64,000 nucleotides of DNA from Chitinophagaceae bacterium (GTDB lineage Bacteria; Bacteroidota; Bacteroidia; Chitinophagales; Chitinophagaceae), in NCBI GenBank assembly GCA_004028765.1, contig SAIX01000038.1:6507-70506 (forward strand). The letters run 5' to 3'. The notes under the pieces were generated by a model, which had not been told where the DNA came from, searched no databases, and saw only the letters and a program-made list of their open reading frames with translations. This document shows positions 1 to 10,192 of the stretch, one piece after another. The number at the start of each line of letters is the position of its first letter. The stretch's first letter is position 1. The position numbers and the translations under genes are program-made.

Positions 1-136
1 AAGTACAATAGGCAACCAGTTGTGCCTTTTCATTGGCAACCGGGTTGGGCTGACAGCCACTGTCGTTTTTCCCGCAGGAATTCAGCAACATGGAAACAAG
101 GATCAGAAGACAAAGAAAACCTGGGATTCTTTTCAT
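1..136 (-). CDS. Lipoprotein, 5' part only (runs off the window start); possibly FKBP-type PPIase
   Basis: Not in the ORF track. Manual translation from ATG at 136: MKRIPGFLCLLILVSMLLNSCGKNDSGCQPNPVANEKAQLVAYCT, with signal peptide and lipobox LNS-C. The FKBP guess rests only on recalled similarity of the N-terminus. Confidence 0.55.
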   Translation of the reverse strand, partial: MKRIPGFLCLLILVSMLLNSCGKNDSGCQPNPVANEKAQLVAYCT

Positions 137-162
137 GTACAATTTTTATATAAGACTAAAGT

Positions 163-504
163 TTACGGTTGAAGGCTGCTTTTCGCAGCTGTTTCTGCCT
201 TTTTTTGAGCCGCTTTTAATTCCTGGTAGCGCTGTTCCATCATCTCCCAACGGAATTTACGGTAGAAAATTCCCATAAACGCCGCAATTGCGCCGATAGC
301 CAATACCAGGATCAGGGAACTTAAGCGGGAATTGGCCACCATAGTAGCCCTTTCCAGTAAGCCGCTTTCCAGCAGGATCACCACGCCGATCCCCAATGCA
401 ATGCCGGCTGAGAAGCCGGCCAGCAAAGGTTTGGGGTTGTTTTTTTCCTGCTCACGTTTTTTTTCCCAGGAATCCAGGAATGCTGCATCCTCACTGCTTA
501 TCAT
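163..504 (-). CDS. Hypothetical membrane protein (two hydrophobic segments)
   Basis: 113-aa ORF with two TM-like stretches; TACTTTTG -7 element 4 nt upstream of the ATG. Confidence 0.7.
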   Translation of the reverse strand: MISSEDAAFLDSWEKKREQEKNNPKPLLAGFSAGIALGIGVVILLESGLLERATMVANSRLSSLILVLAIGAIAAFMGIFYRKFRWEMMEQRYQELKAAQKKAETAAKSSLQP

Positions 505-508
505 GTCG

Positions 509-516
509 CAAAAGTA
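509..516 (-). promoter_or_regulatory. Bacteroidota sigma-A -7 element TACTTTTG
   Basis: Exact TAnnTTTG match 4 nt before the ATG at 504. Confidence 0.55.
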
Positions 517-606
517 CCGTTTCCGGAATATTCCCGGCTCTTAGAACGGAATAAGCCGTAAAAAAGTATTTTAGAACCGGCATTCTTATTCACCTGCCTG
601 TGTATT

Positions 607-1326
607 ATGAAAGTTACACCAAAACCAATCCTGGCTTTTTTTATCGCTGTCCTGATCCTGCATTGTGTTTTTATTGCTGCCGGGATACAGCAGGGCGCGA
701 CGCTCACAAAACTGCTTTTGCTGCCGCTTTTGATGACTGCATTGTTCCTCTGCGCAAAACCCCAGGGGGGCAAGCCTGTCTTAGCGATGCTGGCACTTTT
801 CTTTTCTTTTGCAGGTGATTTTTTGCTGGCCCGTGATGGTGACCTGTTCTTCCTCGCAGGGATGCTGGCATTCGTATTCACACATGTTTGTAACGGGCTT
901 CTTTTTATACGCCTGAAACAAAGGATCGCTGGTATTTTACCGGCGCAATGGACATTGTTGCTGATCCTGTTGATCCTTTCAGCCTGTGTTTACCTGGTAT
1001 TGCAGCATCGGTTAGGCGCATTCCGCATGCCTGTTCTTATATATATGGGTATTATCAGCGCCATGACGTTTACTGCTGCCGGTGTAAAAGCCAACCCTTT
1101 GTACAGGCTGGCTGCAAACCGTTTCCTGGTACCGGGTGCGGTTTTCTTCGTGGTTTCAGATACGCTGCTGGCGCTGAATAAATTTCTTCTCCACGAGGTA
1201 TGGATCAATGTGGCGGTGATGCTTACCTATGGGCTTGCGCAGTATTTTCTGACCAGGGGCTACCTGCTCGTTTTCGGTGCGCAGCGCATTGAAACAACTG
1301 TTGCGGAAGCGGCTGAAAGGGAGTAA
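607..1326 (+). CDS. YhhN/lysoplasmalogenase-family membrane protein, copy 1 (motifs intact)
   Basis: Polytopic. Family motifs present: K..P (KLLLLPL), FSFAGDFLL, AFVFTHV, FVVSDTLLALNKF, TYGLAQY. Confidence 0.85.
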   Translation: MKVTPKPILAFFIAVLILHCVFIAAGIQQGATLTKLLLLPLLMTALFLCAKPQGGKPVLAMLALFFSFAGDFLLARDGDLFFLAGMLAFVFTHVCNGLLFIRLKQRIAGILPAQWTLLLILLILSACVYLVLQHRLGAFRMPVLIYMGIISAMTFTAAGVKANPLYRLAANRFLVPGAVFFVVSDTLLALNKFLLHEVWINVAVMLTYGLAQYFLTRGYLLVFGAQRIETTVAEAAERE

Positions 1327-1336
1327 CTTTCCTTCG

Positions 1337-2059
1337 ATGCCTGCATTCAGCCTTGAAACATTTTTCTATAAAAAAAGCCTGTCCCTGTACTGGTTGGTGC
1401 TGGCGGTACATTGTATCCTGCAGTATTACAAATTGCCTTATGTGGTGCTTACCAAACCAATGCTGATACCGCTTTTGTTTATTTATATCCTGATGCGGGA
1501 TCCTGATATCAGCGACCCCAGGGGCAAGTTCTTATATTATATCGGCCTGATGCTGGCTTTTCTGGGCGACCTGCTGCTCGTTTTCATGACCGATACCACT
1601 TTCCTGATCGGGATGGTTGCCTTTATGCTCATGAATCTTTTTTACAGCATAAGTTTCCTGCATATTCACCGGGGCAATCGAAAAAACCTTTTGGCTGTTT
1701 TGCTGGTAACCATATTGCTCCTGTTTATCGCAAACGCTTTTTACAGGTTTCTTGAAAATGAGATGGGTGATTATAAATATCCGGTCCTTGGCTATATGGT
1801 TTCCATCAGTATCATGGTGATCCTTGCCGTGAACTGTGCCGGCAATTTCAGACACCGGCATGTTGTGATCAGTTACCTGATCCCCGGGGTACTGATCTTC
1901 CTGATCGAAAATATCCTGGTGGCCGTAAACAAATTTCATTTTAACCGGAACAAAGAGATATCTGTGGTGGTAATGGTGGCATATTGTTTAGCACAATACC
2001 TGATCCTGAGGGGGATGCTGCAGGTATATCCCCCGAAAAATATGGGTAAACCGACCTGA
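1337..2059 (+). CDS. YhhN-family membrane protein, copy 2 (His and second Asp replaced)
   Basis: LAFLGDLLL, AFMLMNL, FLIENILVAVNKF, AYCLAQY. Start moved to the ATG at 1337, just after the copy 1 stop. Confidence 0.75.
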   Translation: MPAFSLETFFYKKSLSLYWLVLAVHCILQYYKLPYVVLTKPMLIPLLFIYILMRDPDISDPRGKFLYYIGLMLAFLGDLLLVFMTDTTFLIGMVAFMLMNLFYSISFLHIHRGNRKNLLAVLLVTILLLFIANAFYRFLENEMGDYKYPVLGYMVSISIMVILAVNCAGNFRHRHVVISYLIPGVLIFLIENILVAVNKFHFNRNKEISVVVMVAYCLAQYLILRGMLQVYPPKNMGKPT

Positions 2060-2072
2060 TAGCTTGGGCAGA

Positions 2073-2777
2073 ATGGAATCTTTTTTAAAGAAAAATATTG
2101 ACCTTATTTTCTGGGTGATTGTAGTGATCGATTGCCTGATGCAGTATTTTGAATGGCACTACACTTATTTCACAGAACCCGTACTGGTTCCGCTCCTGAT
2201 CCTGAAAATGTTTTTACAGGACGATGATATCGGCAGCCCGCTGCCCAAATTCTTTTTTTATATCGGCCTTTTCTTTTCCTTTTTTGGAGATGTATTGCAG
2301 CTCGTTGTAACCAATACCCTGTTTTTTTACAGCAGTATCATTGCTTACACGATCATGAATTTTTGTTATGCGGTTTCGATCATTGGCCTGAACGGGAAAC
2401 AGGTGCTGCCCCCGCGGAGAATACTATGGGGGCTTCCGGTTCTTGCAATTCTGGCGTTTGCATTCTTCTATTTTATGGGGAACGAACTGGGTGTTTTCAA
2501 AGCCCCTTTGATCGGCTATGTGTTTATGCTGGTGGTTGTTTCGCTGGCTGCACTGAGTCTTCTTACAAATACCTTGTATCGTTCTGTGGCCATCCGGTAT
2601 TTTATCCCTGCCATCGCCATTGAAATCATCCAGAATTTTCTTTTTGCCCTGAACCTTTTTCACCTTACGGGCTCTGCACAGGGATATGCCCCGAGCCTTG
2701 CATTGTATGCCATTTCCCAATACCTGATGTCGGCCGGGATATTGAAAGCATATATCCATGAACCGCAAAAAAACTAA
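2073..2777 (+). CDS. YhhN-family membrane protein, copy 3 (most diverged)
   Basis: FSFFGDVLQL, AYTIMNF, EIIQNFLFALNLF, LYAISQY. Start moved to the ATG at 2073. Confidence 0.7.
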   Translation: MESFLKKNIDLIFWVIVVIDCLMQYFEWHYTYFTEPVLVPLLILKMFLQDDDIGSPLPKFFFYIGLFFSFFGDVLQLVVTNTLFFYSSIIAYTIMNFCYAVSIIGLNGKQVLPPRRILWGLPVLAILAFAFFYFMGNELGVFKAPLIGYVFMLVVVSLAALSLLTNTLYRSVAIRYFIPAIAIEIIQNFLFALNLFHLTGSAQGYAPSLALYAISQYLMSAGILKAYIHEPQKN

Positions 2778-2805
2778 GCCAGTATCTCATACAGGATGCA
2801 ACAAA

Positions 2806-2830
2806 AATCCCCCTGCATTACAGGGGGATT
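2806..2830. terminator. Bidirectional intrinsic terminator between the YhhN cluster and groEL
   Basis: AATCCCCCTG-CATTA-CAGGGGGATT, a perfect 10-bp stem between convergent genes with an A-run on the left. Confidence 0.8.
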
Positions 2831-2853
2831 GTATAGTGATTTTCTCATTTTGA

Positions 2854-4602
<1,749 letters not shown>

Positions 4603-4604
4603 GA

Positions 4605-4886
4605 TTAAACGATTGCGAGGATATCGCTTTCGCGCATGATCAGCAGGTCTTCGCCTTCAATCTGGATCTCCGTACCTGCATATTTACCATACAGAACGGT
4701 GTCACCAACTTTTACGGTTACCGGCTCATCTTTTTTGCCCGCTCCGGCAGCAACAATAGTGCCGCGTTGGGGTTTTTCTTTTGCAGTGTCAGGGATAATG
4801 ATTCCGCCTGCAGTTTTTTCTTCAGCAGCGGCAGGCTTAACAATTACTCTGTCGTGCAGAGGAGTAACGTTGAGTTTCTTTGCCAT
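4605..4886 (-). CDS. groES: Co-chaperonin GroES
   Basis: [36 protein letters not shown]. Confidence 0.99.
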   Translation of the reverse strand: MAKKLNVTPLHDRVIVKPAAAEEKTAGGIIIPDTAKEKPQRGTIVAAGAGKKDEPVTVKVGDTVLYGKYAGTEIQIEGEDLLIMRESDILAIV

Positions 4887-5085
4887 ACGTTATGGTTTTT
4901 TGATTTTAAGACTAAAGTGCAACACTAACATCGAGAACCATGCCATGCACCACTTGCAGGTCAAATTTTCAGAACCGGGCTACGGGTGCATTCGTGGGTC
5001 TTACATACTGTCAGAAAGCGCACAAAGATGGGGAAGTTTTTGAAACGGCCGTGTCAATTTTTCAGGCCGGCTCCCAAAGCCTTGC

Positions 5086-5110
5086 AATCCCCTAGCAGGG
5101 CAATTCCGTA
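5086..5110 (+). promoter_or_regulatory. Putative ECF-sigma promoter AATCC-N16-CGTA for the TPR lipoprotein
   Basis: AATCC 5086-5090, 16-nt spacer, CGTA 5107-5110, 18 nt before the ATG. Same architecture at 10886-10910 and 10960-10984. Confidence 0.7.
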
Positions 5111-5128
5111 TATAGGCAAATGCATTGC

Positions 5129-6415
5129 ATGAAAACCCTGGTACCCCTTTTCGCTTTTCTTGTTTCTGTTTCTTCCTGCCGGCCACCGGCTCCGCTGGCC
5201 GACCCTGTTTTTACAGACAGCCTGTTATCCATTCGCGGACTTGTTCCGCAGGTAAAAAGCCTCGGAAAAGACAGCCTCTTCTGGACCGAACGCCTCGGGA
5301 AGAGCGGGGATGCTTTCACGGCTTCATCCCGGCTTGCAGGCCTGTTTGTACAAAAATTCCAGCTCCAAGGGGATATGCGGGATCTTTTGAAAGCCGATTC
5401 CATTTACAGTAAACTTATCACAGATTACAAAGGAATGGATGCAGGGATACTCAGGTCGATGGCATCTTTACAGATCACAAGGCACCGTTTCAGGCAGGCC
5501 GATTCACTGGTATTAAAATCGCTGGCTTTGGGCCAGGAAAAATATACCGGAACGCTGCTGGCATTTGATACCAAATTTGAACTGGGTGAATATATTCTTG
5601 CGGAACACTTGTTAAAAGAATGTGCCGCCACCAACGAGTATGGTTATTTTTTCCGGATGGGAAAATGGATGCATTATAAGGGCTTGTCTGACAGTGCAGC
5701 CTGGTACCTGCAAAAAGCTGCCGATTGGGCCGGTACCAGCCCCTCCCTAAAACAGGCTGCTTTTTCCAACCTGGCCGATCTGTACCTGCACGATGGCAAA
5801 ATGAAAGAAGCTGCCATATTGTATAAAAGGGTACTCTCGCAAAACCCGGTGGATTTCCACAGCCTGAGAGGCTGGGGAAGGATCGCTTTGCTGCATGACC
5901 AAAACCCGGGCCTGGCTCAAAAAATATTTGACCATACGGCTACGATCAATGGATTGCCCGATCCATGGTACGACAAAATATGGGTGGCCGAAGAAAAAAG
6001 CGATACGGTTCTCGCCCGCAAAACGGCAGAAATTTTTGTGCAGAAAGCCAGCGACCCTGTATATGGCGCCATGTACCATAAATATCTATTTGAGCTGTAT
6101 ACAGGTGTCCTGAACCGGCCGGAGCCTGCACTTTCCATCGCTTTATCAGAAGTAAAAGAACGGCCAACACCGCAAACCTATGCATGGCTTGTTTGGGCTT
6201 TGCATAAAAATGGGAAAGAAGCGGCAGCAAAGGAATTGTACGATGAAAAAGTATCCGGGAAACCCCTGGAAGCACTTGAATTATTCTGGATGGGCAAGTG
6301 GATGAAAGAAAATGGCCAGGGATACAACGCATCTGCTTTTTTTAAAGCAGCAGAGCGAAACCTGTATGATCTCTCTCCATGGAAACAACAGGAATTAAAA
6401 TCATTTCTGTTGTAA
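5129..6415 (+). CDS. TPR-repeat lipoprotein
   Basis: MKTLVPLFAFLVSVSS-C lipobox; helical repeats with TPR-like A/G/Y spacing (AAFSNLADLYLHDGKMKEAAILYKRVL). Start moved to 5129. Confidence 0.8.
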   Translation: MKTLVPLFAFLVSVSSCRPPAPLADPVFTDSLLSIRGLVPQVKSLGKDSLFWTERLGKSGDAFTASSRLAGLFVQKFQLQGDMRDLLKADSIYSKLITDYKGMDAGILRSMASLQITRHRFRQADSLVLKSLALGQEKYTGTLLAFDTKFELGEYILAEHLLKECAATNEYGYFFRMGKWMHYKGLSDSAAWYLQKAADWAGTSPSLKQAAFSNLADLYLHDGKMKEAAILYKRVLSQNPVDFHSLRGWGRIALLHDQNPGLAQKIFDHTATINGLPDPWYDKIWVAEEKSDTVLARKTAEIFVQKASDPVYGAMYHKYLFELYTGVLNRPEPALSIALSEVKERPTPQTYAWLVWALHKNGKEAAAKELYDEKVSGKPLEALELFWMGKWMKENGQGYNASAFFKAAERNLYDLSPWKQQELKSFLL

Positions 6416-6592
6416 TACCAGCCACAGTTTTCATGGCATCTTCGTTGCATCGCAAACAGTTCAGCCACATATTTTCATGGCGGCGGGGAAAAGTTTACAT
6501 TGTTTACCCGGAAAAGCCATTGATGATGGTATTTCCGTTGGAAAAGGATTGGAGCATGAGAGAGAGAGGCAGCAGTAACTTTTATTATTCAG

Positions 6593-7276
6593 TTACACAA
6601 AAAATATCCTTTGTATTGTCCAGATGGCGGCAACCACGGCAATCAGAAAGGAGAGGGGTACCACAATTCTTTCCCGGTACCATTTTTTATGGGCAAACCA
6701 TTTGGCGAGCAAAAAGTAAGCGGCGAGAATGATGGTGAGTTGCCCCAGTTCAACGCCGATATTGAACATGATCAGCGAGAGGAAATATGCATTTTTTGGC
6801 AACCCCATATTGGCCAGTGCACCCGCAAAGCCCAAACCATGAATAAGACCGAACGCGAATACGATACCAAGCCTGGAGGTCTTAAGTCGGGGGGAATAGA
6901 TATTTTCTATCGCCACATATAATATTGATACCGCGATCAGTGGTTCAATGATCCGTGATGGCGGATTGATCACCTGGTAGGCAGCCAGGCAAAGTGTAAC
7001 GGAATGTGCAAGGGTAAAGGCGGTGGATTGTAAAACGATCGGCTTTAGTTTCGGGCTCAGTAAAAACAAACTCATTACAAAAAAAATATGGTCCAGGCCC
7101 AGCGGAAGAATGTGTTGAAAACCCAATACAAGGTACAGGGTTGCCGCATCGGTTTTACTGAGTTTATCCAGTTCCTGTACCGCTACATGTGCAGAAGCGG
7201 GAATTGCAACACTGCAAAATAAAAACAGCATCCCTGTTGCGGTGCGCCAGGATGCAGGTGAAAATCTTTTTTGCAT
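6593..7276 (-). CDS. HupE/UreJ-family membrane protein (candidate Ni/Co permease)
   Basis: Signal peptide ending PASA then His. Motifs GFQHILPLGLDH, FTLAHSVTL, FGLIHGLGFA, FNIGVELGQ. Start moved to 7276. Confidence 0.85.
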   Translation of the reverse strand: MQKRFSPASWRTATGMLFLFCSVAIPASAHVAVQELDKLSKTDAATLYLVLGFQHILPLGLDHIFFVMSLFLLSPKLKPIVLQSTAFTLAHSVTLCLAAYQVINPPSRIIEPLIAVSILYVAIENIYSPRLKTSRLGIVFAFGLIHGLGFAGALANMGLPKNAYFLSLIMFNIGVELGQLTIILAAYFLLAKWFAHKKWYRERIVVPLSFLIAVVAAIWTIQRIFFV

Positions 7277-7292
7277 TGCTATGTTGATGTTG

Positions 7293-9545
7293 CTAGAAAA
7301 ATACAGCGAATTTAAGTTTGACAAAGAAAGGCGTACCCGGTGTAAAATTCAATTCGGTTACCGGTGCGGCTTCGTTTTGTAAACGGGAAGTGGTGGCAAA
7401 TTGTGCCTCATTCCATTTTACATTAAAAAGATTTTCTATCGCCATCCCCAATTCATACCCCGGCATTGTATAATGAACAGCGGCATCGGTTACAAAGTAA
7501 CCTTTCGCAATGATGCTGTTGTCTTCATTCGCAGGCCGGTTTTGTATAAACCGATATGTAAGGCTCCCGTTGAGCCCGTATTTCCTTTTATAAAAAATTC
7601 CGCCCGTACTGCTGAAAGTGGGTGCAAGCGGTACAAAACTTTGTTCTTTAGCAGCATCCCGGTAACGGGGATCTGTAAAATTCAGATTGGTATTTACAAA
7701 CCAGTGACCGTTCAACTGGTATCGTGCAATGATATCGATCCCTTTGCGTACAGAACGTCCGCTGGGTTCTATCTTTCCTTCATCGCCCACATATACAAAT
7801 TCCTGGTCGAGTTGAAGATACCAGGCTGCCATAGTAAGGAATAACCTTGCTGTGGGTTTTAGTGTGATACCGATTTCCCCGCTATACGCGGCAGGCAGTA
7901 TCTCACGGCCTTCATTGGCAACCACAACGCGCGTATCATTGGAATGGAACCCCTTTCCGGCTTTGGCATACAACTGAGCATTTTTCGTAAGGGTGTATTG
8001 AAGATTGAATTTGGGGCTGAGCACCGATTTGTTTTGCGCAGGATCGGAAATTGCGGAAAGTTTATTGAAATATGCAAACCGCAGATGATCTAAACGCAAA
8101 CCTGCATCGATGAGCCAGCGTCCCGTTTTTATTTCTTTTTCAACAAAGCCAAAGGCATTGTATTCATTAATGTCGCCTAGAGCAACATGGTTCAGGAATT
8201 GCCTCTTTACCACATGATCCAGCCTGCTGTCGCGGATATCATCATAACGGATGCCGGTGCCATAATGGGTTGTAACCGTATAATCCCGTTTCACTTTTTC
8301 CGTGATCAGTGTTGAACTGAAGCCATACAGGTTCCTTTTTTCCGCCTGGTTGATCTCATCTCCATTCACAGGATCGTCCAGGAAAAATGTAAAATCAGAG
8401 TACAATGAAAACCGGTAGCGACTGGCATAAACCCGGTTTTCCCAGCGGGTATTGTTATTGAAGCGGTGTGTAAGCTGAAGATTAAGATTATAGCGCGCTG
8501 TGTTGCCGCCTTCTGAAGGATCAATCGCCCCAAAGCGGCTGATCATCCCATTTTCAACAGCGCGTTCCGGTACCTGGCCGGAAGCATCCCAACTGCTTTT
8601 AAATGCAGAAACGGATGCAGTAAATTGTGTACGGTCTGAAAAAGAAACATGGTATTTCCCAAACAGGTTCAAACGGCCAAAATGTTGTGCATGTTCGGTT
8701 GGACCGTTAGTAGCATAATATTCTCCGGCAAAATAAGCGCCTTGCTTTTCCTTGTTTTTTTTCAGCAGATCGAACATGCCTAAAAAACGGTAAGTGTCAA
8801 AACTTCCATATTCAAGCTGAACTCTGCTACCAGGTATATTCTGGTAAGTTGCAAATGATACATAGCCGGCTGTATTCAGGTTACCCTGGCGGGTATAATA
8901 CGGACCTGCACCAAAATCGATATTGTGAATGGTTTCCGGGATGATAAAATGGGCATCTGCATATCCCTGGCCATGCGCATGCGAAACCATGTTCACAGGC
9001 ATGCCATCAACGGATACCTGTATATCCGTTCCATGGTCACAATCAAAGCCGCGGAGAAAAATCTGTTCCGCCTTGCCGCCGCCCGCATGTTGCGCAACAA
9101 ATAAGCCCGGAACAACACGCATCAGTTCCTGTGTATTGCGAACGGGTTTGAGGTCGAGGTCAATTTTTGCGAGCGTATTGAATTTTCCATTGCTGCTGTT
9201 GCTCTGTGTAACCACCACTTCTTCGAGGTTTACAATATCCGGTTGAAGTGCGATAGGTGTTTGCAGGATACTGTCTGATGATATTTTTTTTGCCCTGTAC
9301 CCAACGGCACTGATGAGCAGCCATTCGTTTTTTTCAGGCTTCGGGATCCGGAAACGTCCGTCTGCATCACTGATCACCAAAATCCCTTTTGTATTGGCCG
9401 GATGAATGGAAACCGATTCGAGTGCCTGTTTGCTTACAGCATCAATCACCCTTCCTTCCAGTATGGTTTGTGCACCTGTTTTATTGCAAATGCTTAACAA
9501 TACAAAGAAGCACAGGGTGGCCGCCGTAATCGCTTTTCGCTTCAT
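7293..9545 (-). CDS. TonB-dependent receptor with N-terminal carboxypeptidase-regulatory-like domain and His-rich plug
   Basis: Signal peptide; LEGRVIDAVSKQALESV N-domain; plug motifs QHAGGGKAEQIFLRGFDCDHGTD and NMVSHAHGQGYAD; IENLFN box; C-terminal Phe. Confidence 0.9.
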   Translation of the reverse strand: MKRKAITAATLCFFVLLSICNKTGAQTILEGRVIDAVSKQALESVSIHPANTKGILVISDADGRFRIPKPEKNEWLLISAVGYRAKKISSDSILQTPIALQPDIVNLEEVVVTQSNSSNGKFNTLAKIDLDLKPVRNTQELMRVVPGLFVAQHAGGGKAEQIFLRGFDCDHGTDIQVSVDGMPVNMVSHAHGQGYADAHFIIPETIHNIDFGAGPYYTRQGNLNTAGYVSFATYQNIPGSRVQLEYGSFDTYRFLGMFDLLKKNKEKQGAYFAGEYYATNGPTEHAQHFGRLNLFGKYHVSFSDRTQFTASVSAFKSSWDASGQVPERAVENGMISRFGAIDPSEGGNTARYNLNLQLTHRFNNNTRWENRVYASRYRFSLYSDFTFFLDDPVNGDEINQAEKRNLYGFSSTLITEKVKRDYTVTTHYGTGIRYDDIRDSRLDHVVKRQFLNHVALGDINEYNAFGFVEKEIKTGRWLIDAGLRLDHLRFAYFNKLSAISDPAQNKSVLSPKFNLQYTLTKNAQLYAKAGKGFHSNDTRVVVANEGREILPAAYSGEIGITLKPTARLFLTMAAWYLQLDQEFVYVGDEGKIEPSGRSVRKGIDIIARYQLNGHWFVNTNLNFTDPRYRDAAKEQSFVPLAPTFSSTGGIFYKRKYGLNGSLTYRFIQNRPANEDNSIIAKGYFVTDAAVHYTMPGYELGMAIENLFNVKWNEAQFATTSRLQNEAAPVTELNFTPGTPFFVKLKFAVFF

Positions 9546-9576
9546 GGCTGTTTGAAAAGGTTGTATTTGAGGTATT

Positions 9577-9616
9577 AAACAGGAAGCAGTTGCATACTAG
9601 CAGTTGCTTCCTGTTT
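9577..9616. terminator. Long stem-loop between the DUF4331 genes and the TonB-dependent receptor
   Basis: AAACAGGAAGCAGTTGC-ATACTA-GCAGTTGCTTCCTGTTT. The U-tail is short in the operon (-) direction and longer in the + direction. Confidence 0.65.
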
Positions 9617-9624
9617 TATTTTAT

Positions 9625-10170
9625 TTACCAGGGGGTCGCAAGATAAGGGAACACGCTCAGAAATGCTTTGTCATTCGCACTCACTTTATCGGAAGTAAGC
9701 CCGGGATTGGCAGCACCGTTAGGACCGCCAAAAATGAGCAGTAATTCGGTATCGATCACATCATCTCCCAAAGCCCTTCCGGTAAGCACATTGGTGCCAT
9801 CAAAAAAAGTGGTGGTACCCGTTGTGGAAACTGTAAGTACATCTGTTGCGAGCACACCGGTAAAGGCTGATGCAGAAAGGCCAAGCGCATTGGTGGTGTA
9901 TCCGGGGTTCAGTCCAAGCAGCCTTGCCTGGAATTTGGATTGAAATGCCGCGCCCATTGCGGAAGGCACAGTAGTGTTGAACAGATCTTTGTCGGCACCG
10001 AGGTTAAACACGGTGTTAATAGCAGGTCGGGCCATCTGGTCTTCCGTTTGGTAAGTTACATTGGCAAATACATCTACTGTGGTTGCAGTATCTTTTTTAC
10101 AGGAGGAGAACAGCATCAGTGCTGAAATTAATCCAAAACCTGCTGTGCGTATATTCTTGGTTGTTTTCAT
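9625..10170 (-). CDS. DUF4331-type lipoprotein (resembles the C-terminal half of long DUF4331 proteins)
   Basis: Lipobox LFSS-C; motifs EDQMARPAINTVF and TGRALGDDVIDTELLLIFG; ends FPYLATPW. Start moved to 10170. Confidence 0.75.
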   Translation of the reverse strand: MKTTKNIRTAGFGLISALMLFSSCKKDTATTVDVFANVTYQTEDQMARPAINTVFNLGADKDLFNTTVPSAMGAAFQSKFQARLLGLNPGYTTNALGLSASAFTGVLATDVLTVSTTGTTTFFDGTNVLTGRALGDDVIDTELLLIFGGPNGAANPGLTSDKVSANDKAFLSVFPYLATPW

Positions 10171-10192
10171 CTTACTTGATTTTGAGTGGTTA

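Noticed and set aside
4887-5085. CIRCE/HrcA operator upstream of groES
   Set aside because: No TTAGCACTC-N9-GAGTGCTAA or close variant is visible.
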